Source: Bdellovibrionales bacterium
GTDB lineage: Bacteria; Bdellovibrionota; Bdellovibrionia; Bdellovibrionales; UBA1609
Assembly (NCBI GenBank): GCA_007121385.1
Contig: SKLV01000002.1
Location: 18,845 to 82,844 of the forward strand
Length of the DNA stretch: 64,000 nucleotides
Direction of reading: 5' to 3'
Each line of letters starts with the position of its first letter. Position 1 is the stretch's first letter. Positions 29,212 through 38,561 of the stretch are shown here, piece by piece. The translations under genes and the position numbers were made by a program. The notes beneath the pieces are model-generated. The model worked only from the letters and a program-made list of their open reading frames with translations. It was not told where the DNA came from and did not search any database.

Positions 29212-30597
29212 TTATCGAAACTTATTCACCAGCTCTTTAAAGTAGTTTCCTCTTTCCACATAGCTATCGAATATATCAAAGCTAGAGCATCCAGGGGATA
29301 GCAAAACCCTATCTCCGATCCTAGACTTTTGATAAGCGATAAGAATGGCTTCTTCAAAAGTGCCAATTAAAAATGTTTCACTATAATCGCCAATATCTCT
29401 GTTGATCTTCTCTTTCGCTTCCCCAACCAAAATTAGAGTCTTTACCTTACGTTGAATTCGCTCTTTTAGAGGCACAAAATTGAGGTTGGTGTCCTTACCC
29501 CCCATGATCAAGATGACATTTTCATCAAAAGCATCCAGAGCCCTCATAACGGCATGAACATTGGTGGCCTTAGAGTCATTATAAAACTCCACACCTCCCA
29601 CCTTACGCACATACTCAAGGCGATGGGCCATGCCCCCATAGTTATCAATAACTCTTTGAATAACTTCGTGTTTGGCCCCATGTTCCCGTGCAGCCAATAT
29701 GGCCGCCATAATATTTTCGTAGGAGTGCTTTCCACGCATCTTTATATTGGCCAAAGTGTAGTACTCTATCTCGGGCCCAGTTCGCACTCGGACCTGATCT
29801 TTAATAGCTACGGCTCCACCAATATTCATAATCTGGGGTTCAAGAGAGGGCTTTCGTGAAAAATAAAAAATTCGTCCTCTTTGAACAGCTGGGTCACGCG
29901 CTAACTCAACAACGGCATTGTCATCCGCATTCAAAATACTGGTGGTCGCCTGGTTTGTGTTGAGAAAAATCTTACGTTTGGCATTCACATACTCTTCCAT
30001 GCTTCTATAGCGATCGAGATGATTTTCTGCCAAATTTGTAAAGACAATATTTTTGGGAGTAAAAGTCTCCACATGTTCCAGCATAAAGCTGGAAACTTCA
30101 CAAACCAAAACCTGCGCTTTGGACCCACTCCGCAAGTACTCACTCAAGGGGGAACCAATATTTCCCCCCACCCAGATATTCACTCCAGACTCTTCTAGAA
30201 AAGCCCGAATCAAATCGCTGGTTGTGGTTTTCCCGTTGGTCCCGGTGATGGCAATCATAGGCTCATGGACAAACTGGGAAACGAACTCAAACTCACCGGT
30301 GACCTTCACCCCGTGACTACGAGCATAGTCAAAAATCTTTAAATGAGGAGGAACCCCCGGGCTAAGAATAATCAAGTCCTGCTGAAGAAACGTCTTTGGA
30401 GTGTGCCCACCAAGTTCCAGGTGAATGTCAAGCTGTCCCAGCTGCTCCAAATATCCTGCCAGCTCCGCTTTTGACTTATGGTCACTCACTGTGGCCTTGG
30501 CTCCATTCTCAACCAACAGCTTAGCCAGAGAAACTCCCGTTTGGGCCAGGCCCACAATCAAAATTCTCTTTCCCTTTAACTCTGACAGTTCACGCAT
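29212..30597 (-). CDS. murD: UDP-N-acetylmuramoylalanine--D-glutamate ligase
   Basis: Motifs VGLAQTGVS and GTNGKTTT mark the Mur ligase domains. The dcw position agrees. Confidence 0.95.
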   Translation of the reverse strand: MRELSELKGKRILIVGLAQTGVSLAKLLVENGAKATVSDHKSKAELAGYLEQLGQLDIHLELGGHTPKTFLQQDLIILSPGVPPHLKIFDYARSHGVKVTGEFEFVSQFVHEPMIAITGTNGKTTTSDLIRAFLEESGVNIWVGGNIGSPLSEYLRSGSKAQVLVCEVSSFMLEHVETFTPKNIVFTNLAENHLDRYRSMEEYVNAKRKIFLNTNQATTSILNADDNAVVELARDPAVQRGRIFYFSRKPSLEPQIMNIGGAVAIKDQVRVRTGPEIEYYTLANIKMRGKHSYENIMAAILAAREHGAKHEVIQRVIDNYGGMAHRLEYVRKVGGVEFYNDSKATNVHAVMRALDAFDENVILIMGGKDTNLNFVPLKERIQRKVKTLILVGEAKEKINRDIGDYSETFLIGTFEEAILIAYQKSRIGDRVLLSPGCSSFDIFDSYVERGNYFKELVNKFR

Positions 30598-30603
30598 AAT
30601 CTA

Positions 30604-31680
30604 TTACCTCAATTTTAATGTAGTCAGACTCAACACCGCTAAAAGAATGGATATAATCCAAAATCGAACAATAATCTTTGTCTCATCCATACCCTTGAGC
30701 TCAAAATGATGATGAATGGGAGCCATCTTAAAGACCCTTTTTCCTGTTAACTTAAAGGAAGCCACTTGGGTGATGACCGAAAGGGCCTCAACGACAAAAA
30801 CACCACCAAGGACAACAAGAAGAAGTTCGTTCTGGGTCAGGACAGCCGTGATCCCCAAAAAACCCCCAAGAGCCAAGCTGCCCACATCTCCCATAAACAC
30901 CTGAGCAGGGTAACTGTTGTACCAAAGAAAGCCCAGGCCTGCGGCCACAATGGCTCCGGCGAGAGGCGTGATTTCTCCTGTACCCGCAACAAAGGGAATA
31001 GCCAAATAATTTGCGATGAGCGCATGCCCTGCCACATAGGAAAAAACCATAAAGGTCCCAGCGGCGATGATCACTGGCACAATGGCCAAACCATCTAAGC
31101 CATCCGTCAGATTCACAGCATTGGCACATCCAACAACAACCAGCGAGCCAAAAACCACATAAAACCAGCCCAGCTCAAAGGACACTTCCTTGAAAAAGGG
31201 CAGATGCAAAACCGAGGGAATATGACCAGCCTGAATCAACCAAAATATCACCAGCCCCGAAATTAAGAACTCTCCCAGCAGTCGAATGCGCCCTGAAAGT
31301 CCACGGTGATTTTTTTTACTGACCTTTAGGTAGTCATCTACATAGCCAATCAGACCAAAGCCCAAAGTCACAATCAAGACCGCCCAAACTAAAGGACTTA
31401 AGAGATCGGCCCAGAAAAGAGCCGAGACCACCAGGCTGAGTAGAATGAGGGTCCCCCCCATAGTGGGAGTGCCCTGTTTCTTCTTGTGACTCTCGGGGCC
31501 ATCATCCCGAATACTCTGCTTTATCTGATTTTGAGTCATTCGGCGAATGAAGTAAGGCCCCAACACCCAACAGACAAAGAAAGCGGTAAAAAAGGACAGA
31601 AAAGAGCGAAAAGTGATGTAACGGAAAACATTTAAAACAGAAAAGGACTCAGAAAAGTCCACCAGCAGGCGATAGAGCAT
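30604..31680 (-). CDS. mraY: phospho-N-acetylmuramoyl-pentapeptide transferase
   Basis: Motifs [35 protein letters not shown] and APIHHHFE are present. Confidence 0.95.
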   Translation of the reverse strand: MLYRLLVDFSESFSVLNVFRYITFRSFLSFFTAFFVCWVLGPYFIRRMTQNQIKQSIRDDGPESHKKKQGTPTMGGTLILLSLVVSALFWADLLSPLVWAVLIVTLGFGLIGYVDDYLKVSKKNHRGLSGRIRLLGEFLISGLVIFWLIQAGHIPSVLHLPFFKEVSFELGWFYVVFGSLVVVGCANAVNLTDGLDGLAIVPVIIAAGTFMVFSYVAGHALIANYLAIPFVAGTGEITPLAGAIVAAGLGFLWYNSYPAQVFMGDVGSLALGGFLGITAVLTQNELLLVVLGGVFVVEALSVITQVASFKLTGKRVFKMAPIHHHFELKGMDETKIIVRFWIISILLAVLSLTTLKLR

Positions 31681-31738
31681 GATCGGTTGGTCACTCCAAA
31701 GTCAAAATCTGTAAAAAAACAACACCTTGTGAGATTCT

Positions 31739-33178
31739 TTAAAGACTTTGCCAGTCCGCCAAGACTCTCTCCATTTTCATGGCCCGAGAACCCTTGATGA
31801 TGGCCACATCCCCGGGGTTTAGCACAGAGCCCATTTGGAGCGCAAGACTTTGTTCATAAGCCTCTGATAAGACATATTTTTTTGAAAAGCCTCCCTGCTT
31901 GAGACCGGCTTCAAAATCCCTATGATGAGGCCCCATAAACCAAACTTCGTCCACTCCCACCAAGGCCACCGCTTCACCCAGCTCTCGATGCAGACGCTCA
32001 GAGTCATCACCCAATTCGAACATCTCCCCGAGGACAGCCACCTTTCGACCTTCAGTGCCCCACTCAAAAAGGTTGTTGAGGAGAGCCTTCATACTCTCTG
32101 GATTGGCATTGTAGGCATCAAAAAGCACCTGGACCCCATTCTTAATTTGTATCAACTCATGTCGCCCCCACCCCGTCCGACACTTAGGCAACTGAGCCCA
32201 AATGGTCTCAGGAGACAGACCCACAGCCAAAGCTGCGGCAGAAGCGGCCATCAAATTGACCACATTTTGTCGTCCTGAAACGGGTACCCGGACCTGTCCT
32301 TCCACTCCACCTATGACCCCTGTCAACTGCAATTCAGCTAAAGTTATACTTTCTGCCCGGAGACTTACGTCGGCTGTCTTTGAAAAACTAGAAAAGGTCA
32401 AACGGCGAACCTCAGGTTGTTGTTCTTGATGGCGTCCATACATGGCTCTGGTCCACTCATTGTCCATATTAAAAATGTGAACGGCCCTGGGCGAGGCGAT
32501 GTAGAGCTCCTCCTTAGCCTGAGCCACCTTATTCTGGTCTCCCAACTCGCCGATGTGGGCCTGCCCGACCATAGTGACTAGGGCCACATCGGGATCGGCA
32601 ATCTCGCAAAGTCGGGTGAGCTCGCCAAGGTGATTCATACCCATCTCCTGAATCACCCACTGGGTGTCCGGCGAAGCCTGCAACAGGGAAATAGGAACAC
32701 CCCAATGGTTATTAAAGCTGGCCTGACTGGCATGAACTCGGACCTCACCCTTAAGCAATTCATACAAGAATTCTTTTGTTGTCGTCTTGCCGTTTGACCC
32801 AGAAACCGCAATCACTTTCATGGGCCAACATCGGCGCCAATAGTGGGCCAGATCCTGAAGGCCGCGCAAGGTATCTGGAACCTGAATCAACACCACTTTC
32901 TGGTAACATTGATCCCAAAGCTCTTGACCAATCAATGTGGGCAACTGTTCAGGATCACAGTGAATGAGGAGCCCAGCGGCCCCCTGCTGGACGGCTCCAG
33001 CCAAAAATTGATGGGCGTCAAATTGCTGGCCTTTCAGGGCTACAAAAAGCTTTCCCTCCATAGCTTCTCGAGTGTCTGTCGCAATTCCCGAGAAAGAATG
33101 AACACCGCTCAATCCCGCCTGAAGATCTGCAAAGAGTCTTTGACCCCCTGTGGCCTTCAGAGCCTCATCCCATGTCAT
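31739..33178 (-). CDS. murF: UDP-N-acetylmuramoyl-tripeptide--D-alanyl-D-alanine ligase
   Basis: Motifs TDTRE, LFVALKGQQFDAH and GSNGKTTTKE are present. The start is placed at the ATG at 33178 (MTWDEALKATGG...), which aligns best with known MurF N-termini. An alternative ATG at 33217 would overlap the murE end. Confidence 0.9.
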   Translation of the reverse strand: MTWDEALKATGGQRLFADLQAGLSGVHSFSGIATDTREAMEGKLFVALKGQQFDAHQFLAGAVQQGAAGLLIHCDPEQLPTLIGQELWDQCYQKVVLIQVPDTLRGLQDLAHYWRRCWPMKVIAVSGSNGKTTTKEFLYELLKGEVRVHASQASFNNHWGVPISLLQASPDTQWVIQEMGMNHLGELTRLCEIADPDVALVTMVGQAHIGELGDQNKVAQAKEELYIASPRAVHIFNMDNEWTRAMYGRHQEQQPEVRRLTFSSFSKTADVSLRAESITLAELQLTGVIGGVEGQVRVPVSGRQNVVNLMAASAAALAVGLSPETIWAQLPKCRTGWGRHELIQIKNGVQVLFDAYNANPESMKALLNNLFEWGTEGRKVAVLGEMFELGDDSERLHRELGEAVALVGVDEVWFMGPHHRDFEAGLKQGGFSKKYVLSEAYEQSLALQMGSVLNPGDVAIIKGSRAMKMERVLADWQSL

Positions 33179-33200
33179 TCTCCAAAGGTTTGACTCTGAA

Positions 33201-34718
33201 CTAGTTGACTTCACCATAAAACTCCCTGACCACCTGCGCATCACTGAATGGATGCTTTTCATGGCCTATCATCTGGTAATCCTCATGCCCTTTGCCCGCA
33301 ATAAGAATCACATCTCCAGTTTTCATTTGCTCAAGCACTTTATAAATCGCCTGTCGACGATCTGACTCTACAAAGACTTTATGCCCTATTTCACCTGGCT
33401 TCAATTGAGCCACAGCATCCTGAATAATGGCAAGAGGATCTTCACTACGTGGGTTGTCCGAAGTGACCCAAACTTGATCTGAGTATCGAAGAGCTGCTGC
33501 CGTCATCAAAGGTCTCTTGCCCTTATCTCTGTCACCTCCACAACCGAAAATCGTGATGATCCGCCCGGAGTGCTGGCTCTGATGCGAAATTTGGCGCAGT
33601 GAACTGAGCACTGAACCCAAGGCTTCGTGAGTGTGGGCGTAGTCCACAAAGACATGAACACCTGAGGCCCCGGGCTCCCGATCAGGAAGAGGAACTCTCT
33701 GTAGGCGTCCTGGCACTCCCAAAAAATTCTGTAAGGCCTCAGCCGCTCTTTGTACGGAAAAGCCTGCGGATCCGGCCACAGCCAGAGCCGCTGTGGCATT
33801 GTACACAGAGTGAAGGCCTGGAACTGGAATTTGCACTTGAATCTCACCTTGTGGAGTCCGTAAATCAAATCGACAACCGGAAAACGTCACCTCTCTCAAC
33901 TTAAACTCAAAATCGGCCTTCTCTTGCCCATAAGTCCAGACCCGAGCCCTTGGAGCTGGCATTAACCTTTGCGCATAGGAATCATCACCATTGATAATGG
34001 CAAAGAGGGACCCTTTTTGGGAGGTGGCCAGAACCTCAGAAAATAATTTTTGCTTTTCGAGAAAATAGTTTTCCATGCTCCCGTGGTAGTCCAAATGGTC
34101 CCGGCTCAAGTTTGTAAAGACAGCAACATCAAAAGAGAGGCCCTCCACCCGAGACTGACTCAAAGCATGACTGGACACTTCAAAGGCACAGGCCCGAGCA
34201 TCAAGATCCACAAGCTCGCGAAGCCGACTCTGCAAGGTCACCGGATCTGGAGTGGTGAGTTGACTGGCCCAAACCTTCTCCCCCAAATGATGGTCAATGG
34301 TGCCAAGCACGCCGGTGGGCCAACCACATTTATTAAGTATGTGTTCAACCATGTATGTGACGGAAGTTTTACCATTAGTACCAGTGACAGCCACGCAGAA
34401 CAACTCTCTGTCTGGATGGCCATAAAAGCGTCCCGCCAAATGACCAAGAGCCTGACGAGAGCTAGGGACACAAAGCACAGGTCCGGAGAAACTCTTCGGC
34501 ACAGACTCCATCCTCTCCACCACTAAGCCAACAGCTCCACGTTCAATGACCTCCTCAAGATAATCATGGCCATCCACCTGACCTCCCGATAGTGCCACAA
34601 AAAGACTCCCTTTGGAGACCTGTCGTGAATCAAAATCAAGAGCAAGGACCTCGAGCTGATCTCCATATTGTCCAAGATGAAACTCTGGATAATTGGCCCA
34701 CAGTTCTACTAACTTCAT
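33201..34718 (-). CDS. murE: UDP-N-acetylmuramoyl-L-alanyl-D-glutamate--2,6-diaminopimelate ligase
   Basis: It has GTNGKTS and the meso-DAP specificity motif DNPR (VTSDNPRSEDP). Confidence 0.95.
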   Translation of the reverse strand: MKLVELWANYPEFHLGQYGDQLEVLALDFDSRQVSKGSLFVALSGGQVDGHDYLEEVIERGAVGLVVERMESVPKSFSGPVLCVPSSRQALGHLAGRFYGHPDRELFCVAVTGTNGKTSVTYMVEHILNKCGWPTGVLGTIDHHLGEKVWASQLTTPDPVTLQSRLRELVDLDARACAFEVSSHALSQSRVEGLSFDVAVFTNLSRDHLDYHGSMENYFLEKQKLFSEVLATSQKGSLFAIINGDDSYAQRLMPAPRARVWTYGQEKADFEFKLREVTFSGCRFDLRTPQGEIQVQIPVPGLHSVYNATAALAVAGSAGFSVQRAAEALQNFLGVPGRLQRVPLPDREPGASGVHVFVDYAHTHEALGSVLSSLRQISHQSQHSGRIITIFGCGGDRDKGKRPLMTAAALRYSDQVWVTSDNPRSEDPLAIIQDAVAQLKPGEIGHKVFVESDRRQAIYKVLEQMKTGDVILIAGKGHEDYQMIGHEKHPFSDAQVVREFYGEVN

Positions 34719-34768
34719 GGCTCTATTCTAACCCAGACTGAAAGCCCTGTACATCAGGAGATATGAAG

Positions 34769-36733
34769 TCATTCAATGGGACGAAGTTCTAATTTGATTG
34801 GTCCTCCCTGAGGTAAGGGCTGTCCTGGTCGAGGAGTGGATTGAGCCACAAGCCCCGCCCCTTTCACTTGGACAGAGACATCCAAATGACGCAGCAGACG
34901 ATGGGCCTCCCGCAAACTCAAGCCCGTCAGATCTGGCACTCTTCCTGAACTCTCCAGAAGTATCAGTTCTTGGATCTCCTGCAAAGCGCGGCGTTGTAAA
35001 TCATCGGAGGTGGGTTCCCGGTGACGAAGTTCTTCACCAGATCCTCTAGGATGTAAACTTAATATATTTTCTTTTTCAAGAAAGACAGGGGAAAGACCCT
35101 CACGGCGCAAGGCCTGTTGAGCCACCCGAGCAAATATCGGGGCTGCCACTTGAGATCCATAAAAACGCTCTTGGGGCTCATCAACAGCCACATAGATCAC
35201 AAACCGAGGAGAGTTGGAGGGCACAAAGCCCGCAAAACTAGCTATATAAGCTCCACGACGATAGCCTCCTGCAACAGGATCTACTTTTTGAGCCGTCCCC
35301 GTCTTGCCGGCCACAGGAAAGCCTGGCACCCGAGCATTGAACCCAGTGGACCCTCTGGCCGTAGCTTGAGTCAGCATGAGAGTCATGACGGCCGCCTCCT
35401 GGGCACTCAGCACTTGGCGCTCCTCGCCAGGCTCCGAACCTTTAACTAGTCGAGGCGGACGCAAGACTCCCCCATTGGCAATGGCCGCATAGGCTGCGGC
35501 CATCTGCAGGGGTGTCGTGGCAATCCCATGGCCGATAGAGACATTGGCCAAGAGATGGGGCCGCCAGGGCAGTGGGTTCACGATTCCCAGAGCCTCTCCA
35601 GGAAAGTCGATTCCGGTACGCTGGCCAAAGCCAAAATCTCTGAGGCCCTCCAGCAGCTTTTCATCGCCCAAATCAAAGGCCATCTTGGCCATTCCCACAT
35701 TTGAAGAGTGAGCCAGGATCTCTGTCACCGACAACTCCTCCCAACGATGGCTGGAATCAGCTTCTCGGATCCACCGCCGTCCAATCTGCAAACGCCCCCC
35801 CTCCACATCGTAGCGGGTACTGGGGCGAACCAGCCCCTCTTGAAGAGCTTTAGCAACAGCGAAGGTTTTTAAAGTGCTGCCCGGTTCGAAGGCATCAGTC
35901 ACCACTCGATTCCGACGCAGGGCTGCTGGAGTGGATGTGGCTCGATTAACATCAAAGTTCGGAGCATTGGCCAGGGCCAAGACTTCGCTTGTTTGGGCAT
36001 CCAGAATCACGCCCACCGCTGAAAGGGCTGAATGCTTTTCAAGGGCTCTCTCCAGCTCCCTCTCCAAAAGAAACTGCAGTTCACTATCTAGGGTGAGATG
36101 CAAGTCTCCACCATCTGGGGCTTCGGCCAGCGTCTGCCCATCCATTAAAAGAGGGCGACCCCGCGCATCTCGCGGTAGAATGAGACGTCGTCCCTCTCCC
36201 TTGAGAACGGCATCCCAAAACACCTCTAAGCCCTCAAGACCCTGGCCTTCTCGCCCCACAAAGCCCAATGTTTGAGCAGCTAACCTTTCGTTGGGGTAGA
36301 CTCTTCGAGGCTCCTCAATCAAGCCAATTCCCCTCACTCTCAAAGAGCGAACCTGCTGTACCTGATCCGCAGTCACATGCCGTTTCAACCAAATAAAGCG
36401 ACGTTCACTCTGTTGCAAAGAATGAAGCACCCGAGATCGCGGCAAACCCAAAATTTCAGAAACTTGTGTAGCTAAGGAGGCCAACTCGGCTTGGGGAAGA
36501 ATATGGGGGTCGGCAAAGACAGAGTGCCCAGCCACAGTGATGGCCAACTCTTTGCCATTGCGATCGTAGATAGCCCCTCGCCGAGCTGGAATCAAAACAT
36601 GGGTTTCAAATTGTCTCTTTTGCAGTTCACTCAGCCGGGGATGGGGCCAAATCTGCAAATGGGCTGCTCGGACCATCAAGGTCAGCCAAACCACAGCCAT
36701 GAGAACCGAAATCAGTAGAAGCCTTGATTTCAT
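34769..36733 (-). CDS. ftsI: division-specific class B penicillin-binding protein (FtsI/PBP3) with a C-terminal PASTA domain
   Basis: It has an N-terminal TM helix and the transpeptidase motifs STLK (GSTLKTF), SSN (HSSNVG) and KTG (GKTGTA). The last 56 aa match the PASTA pattern. Confidence 0.9.
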   Translation of the reverse strand: MKSRLLLISVLMAVVWLTLMVRAAHLQIWPHPRLSELQKRQFETHVLIPARRGAIYDRNGKELAITVAGHSVFADPHILPQAELASLATQVSEILGLPRSRVLHSLQQSERRFIWLKRHVTADQVQQVRSLRVRGIGLIEEPRRVYPNERLAAQTLGFVGREGQGLEGLEVFWDAVLKGEGRRLILPRDARGRPLLMDGQTLAEAPDGGDLHLTLDSELQFLLERELERALEKHSALSAVGVILDAQTSEVLALANAPNFDVNRATSTPAALRRNRVVTDAFEPGSTLKTFAVAKALQEGLVRPSTRYDVEGGRLQIGRRWIREADSSHRWEELSVTEILAHSSNVGMAKMAFDLGDEKLLEGLRDFGFGQRTGIDFPGEALGIVNPLPWRPHLLANVSIGHGIATTPLQMAAAYAAIANGGVLRPPRLVKGSEPGEERQVLSAQEAAVMTLMLTQATARGSTGFNARVPGFPVAGKTGTAQKVDPVAGGYRRGAYIASFAGFVPSNSPRFVIYVAVDEPQERFYGSQVAAPIFARVAQQALRREGLSPVFLEKENILSLHPRGSGEELRHREPTSDDLQRRALQEIQELILLESSGRVPDLTGLSLREAHRLLRHLDVSVQVKGAGLVAQSTPRPGQPLPQGGPIKLELRPIE

Positions 36734-37029
36734 TGGATAAAGGCCAAGCCAGGGTTAGAGAGCTGAATAATCTGTCCCCTTCGGGCTTCGTTAAGAGTCA
36801 GTTGACTGATGGCCATGCTTCGCACTCGATCCGGCTGAGTGGCCTGGGCGTACTTCATCACTTGATAGCGGTGCTCATCTCTCAAGACTTTATATTGGCG
36901 GGTGTCTCTGAGCACTGAATAGCCCACACGCCTCACTTCCATCTTTAGAAATACCAGCGAAAAAAGAGTCATGATAATAATCAACACACTCAAAAAAGGC
37001 TTCAGCTCTCCCATTTGATGGCGACTCAT
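36730..37029 (-). CDS. ftsL: cell division protein FtsL-like
   Basis: 99 aa with a single TM helix followed by a short helical region. It occupies the canonical slot between rsmH and ftsI and overlaps both neighbours by 4 nt. Confidence 0.6.
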   Translation of the reverse strand: MSRHQMGELKPFLSVLIIIMTLFSLVFLKMEVRRVGYSVLRDTRQYKVLRDEHRYQVMKYAQATQPDRVRSMAISQLTLNEARRGQIIQLSNPGLAFIQ

Positions 37030-37949
37030 CTTTTTTCTCCTTTCTGAAATACCCTGAGTTTAGCACTTCGCGCCCGAGGGTTTTGCTTTTGCTCCGACCA
37101 AGGAGCCTGAATCACCTTTTTATTGACCAAAAAACCTTTAGGCGACTGCTTGAAAGAGGTCTTTACAATTCGGTCTTCCAAGGAGTGAAAACTAATGACC
37201 ATCAGGCGCCCCCCCTCGGCCAAGAATTCTGTCATCTCTTCAAGACAGGATCCTAGGCCCTCCAGCTCTTGATTAACCTTTAATCGTAAGGCTAAAAAGT
37301 AACGGGTCGAGGGGTTTCGGCCCTTAGCTCTCCAGCCCTCTGTTTTTTCAATTAAAGCCGCTAATTCACCCGTCCGCAGAAAGGGCTTAACACCACGTTG
37401 TTCAAGGAGGGCCTTCACCACTCGATGAGGACGGCGAATTTCGCCAAATTCTTGAAAAACTTCAATCAGCTCTTCCTCGTCAAAGTGATTAATCAGATCG
37501 GCAGCGGTAAATTGCTGATCTTGATCCATTCTCATGTCCAAAGGTCCATCTTGGTAGAAGCTAAAACCTCTTGCGGCCTGATCCAGCTGAGGTGAGCTGA
37601 CCCCCAAGTCCAAGAGCATCAGATCAAAGCCCTGCCCCTGAGTCAGAGCTTGAATCTTTTCCTCGTAACGAGAGAAAAAGTCTTTGAAGTTGGACTTGAA
37701 GAGAAACATCCGACCCGATTGCAAAGCCTGAAAGAAAGGAGAATCTGAGGACCGAGCCCAGTTGATGGCTTCTTGATCTCGATCCACAGCCACCACTTTC
37801 ATTTGAGGGTACTTCTCCATAAGAGCCTTGCAGTGCCCACCACGACCAAAGGTGCCGTCAAAGTACCACCTGGGTTGAGAGGGACCCTGAGCGGGATCCC
37901 AAGAGAGGGCCAGAAGTGGCTCTAGAAGAACGGGGATATGAGATATCAA
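37026..37949 (-). CDS. rsmH: 16S rRNA (cytosine1402-N4)-methyltransferase
   Basis: Motifs HIPVLL, DGTFGRGGH, DLGVSSPQLD and SFHSLEDR are present. Confidence 0.95.
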   Translation of the reverse strand: MISHIPVLLEPLLALSWDPAQGPSQPRWYFDGTFGRGGHCKALMEKYPQMKVVAVDRDQEAINWARSSDSPFFQALQSGRMFLFKSNFKDFFSRYEEKIQALTQGQGFDLMLLDLGVSSPQLDQAARGFSFYQDGPLDMRMDQDQQFTAADLINHFDEEELIEVFQEFGEIRRPHRVVKALLEQRGVKPFLRTGELAALIEKTEGWRAKGRNPSTRYFLALRLKVNQELEGLGSCLEEMTEFLAEGGRLMVISFHSLEDRIVKTSFKQSPKGFLVNKKVIQAPWSEQKQNPRARSAKLRVFQKGEKR

Positions 37950-38413
37950 CTCAGCCCCCCTTCCAATTCAGCCAGAGCTCTTAGAGTCTCCTCGAAATCC
38001 TTGGCCATTTGACCTTGCACCTGAACCCATACTTCAGCGGGCCAAATTTCCACTTTATCTCCCATCCCCACGAGGACCAACTCCTCCCCAATCTGAGCAT
38101 AAGCGCGCAGACTGGAGGGGATCAAAAAGCGACCGTGACCATCCAAAGTGAGCGTTTGACCTCCCGAAAGATAAAAACGCCGGTAGGCCTGAACCTCTTT
38201 TTTCAAAGAGGGCATCTTGGAAATCTGGCTCTCCAACTTTTCCCATTGAGGCAGAGTGTAGACATCGAGGATAGGCTGCCCTTGACTCTGCGAATTGGTC
38301 ACAACCATCTGGCGGCTTTTGGAGTTCAAAAGAGAGCGGTAGGTCGAAGGCCAGCTGCACCTGCCCTTTTCATCCACCTTACACTCAAAGCGACCGCGAA
38401 ATATTTTGGCCAT
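37946..38413 (-). CDS. mraZ: transcriptional regulator MraZ
   Basis: 155 aa with the duplicated SpoVT/AbrB-like halves (KVDEKGR ... TLDGHGR). It is the first gene of the dcw cluster. Confidence 0.9.
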   Translation of the reverse strand: MAKIFRGRFECKVDEKGRCSWPSTYRSLLNSKSRQMVVTNSQSQGQPILDVYTLPQWEKLESQISKMPSLKKEVQAYRRFYLSGGQTLTLDGHGRFLIPSSLRAYAQIGEELVLVGMGDKVEIWPAEVWVQVQGQMAKDFEETLRALAELEGGLS

Positions 38414-38455
38414 TCTAGCCCCTCATTGACTTTGCGCCCATCCTTGGGCACAACT

Positions 38456-38480
38456 CCCACCTTATCCCACTTTATTCCAC
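38456..38480 (-). promoter_or_regulatory. candidate MraZ operator: three 10-bp-phased GTGG(G/A) direct repeats
   Basis: The minus strand reads GTGGA-ATAAA-GTGGG-ATAAG-GTGGG, 43-67 nt upstream of the mraZ ATG. This matches the known MraZ box architecture of a pentamer repeat with a 5-nt spacer. Confidence 0.5.
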
Positions 38481-38506
38481 TTTATCACTTAAACTTGACG
38501 CGTCAA
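38479..38506 (-). promoter_or_regulatory. candidate sigma70-type dcw promoter (P_mra)
   Basis: The minus strand shows a -35 TTGACG (38506..38501), a 16-nt spacer, and a TG-extended -10 TGATAAAGT (38487..38479). The -35 lies inside a perfect 12-bp palindrome, TTGACGCGTCAA. Confidence 0.35.
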
Positions 38507-38561
38507 GGCCCGGCATTCCTTTTGGTTCCTCTGTCTAGGCGTGTTAGGATTTTAAGAAGTC

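Noticed and set aside
30716-31129. ORFs of 62-113 aa lie in other frames and on the other strand within mraY.
   Set aside because: They are embedded in a strongly conserved polytopic membrane protein gene. Their translations are Arg/Cys/Gly-rich noise.
38461-38490. The TTATCCCAC and TTATTCCAC motifs resemble DnaA boxes (TTATCCACA).
   Set aside because: Each deviates at core positions. The exact 10-bp phasing of GTGG(G/A) pentamers directly upstream of mraZ is better explained as an MraZ operator. No other origin features, such as an AT-rich DUE or neighbouring dnaA or dnaN, are present.
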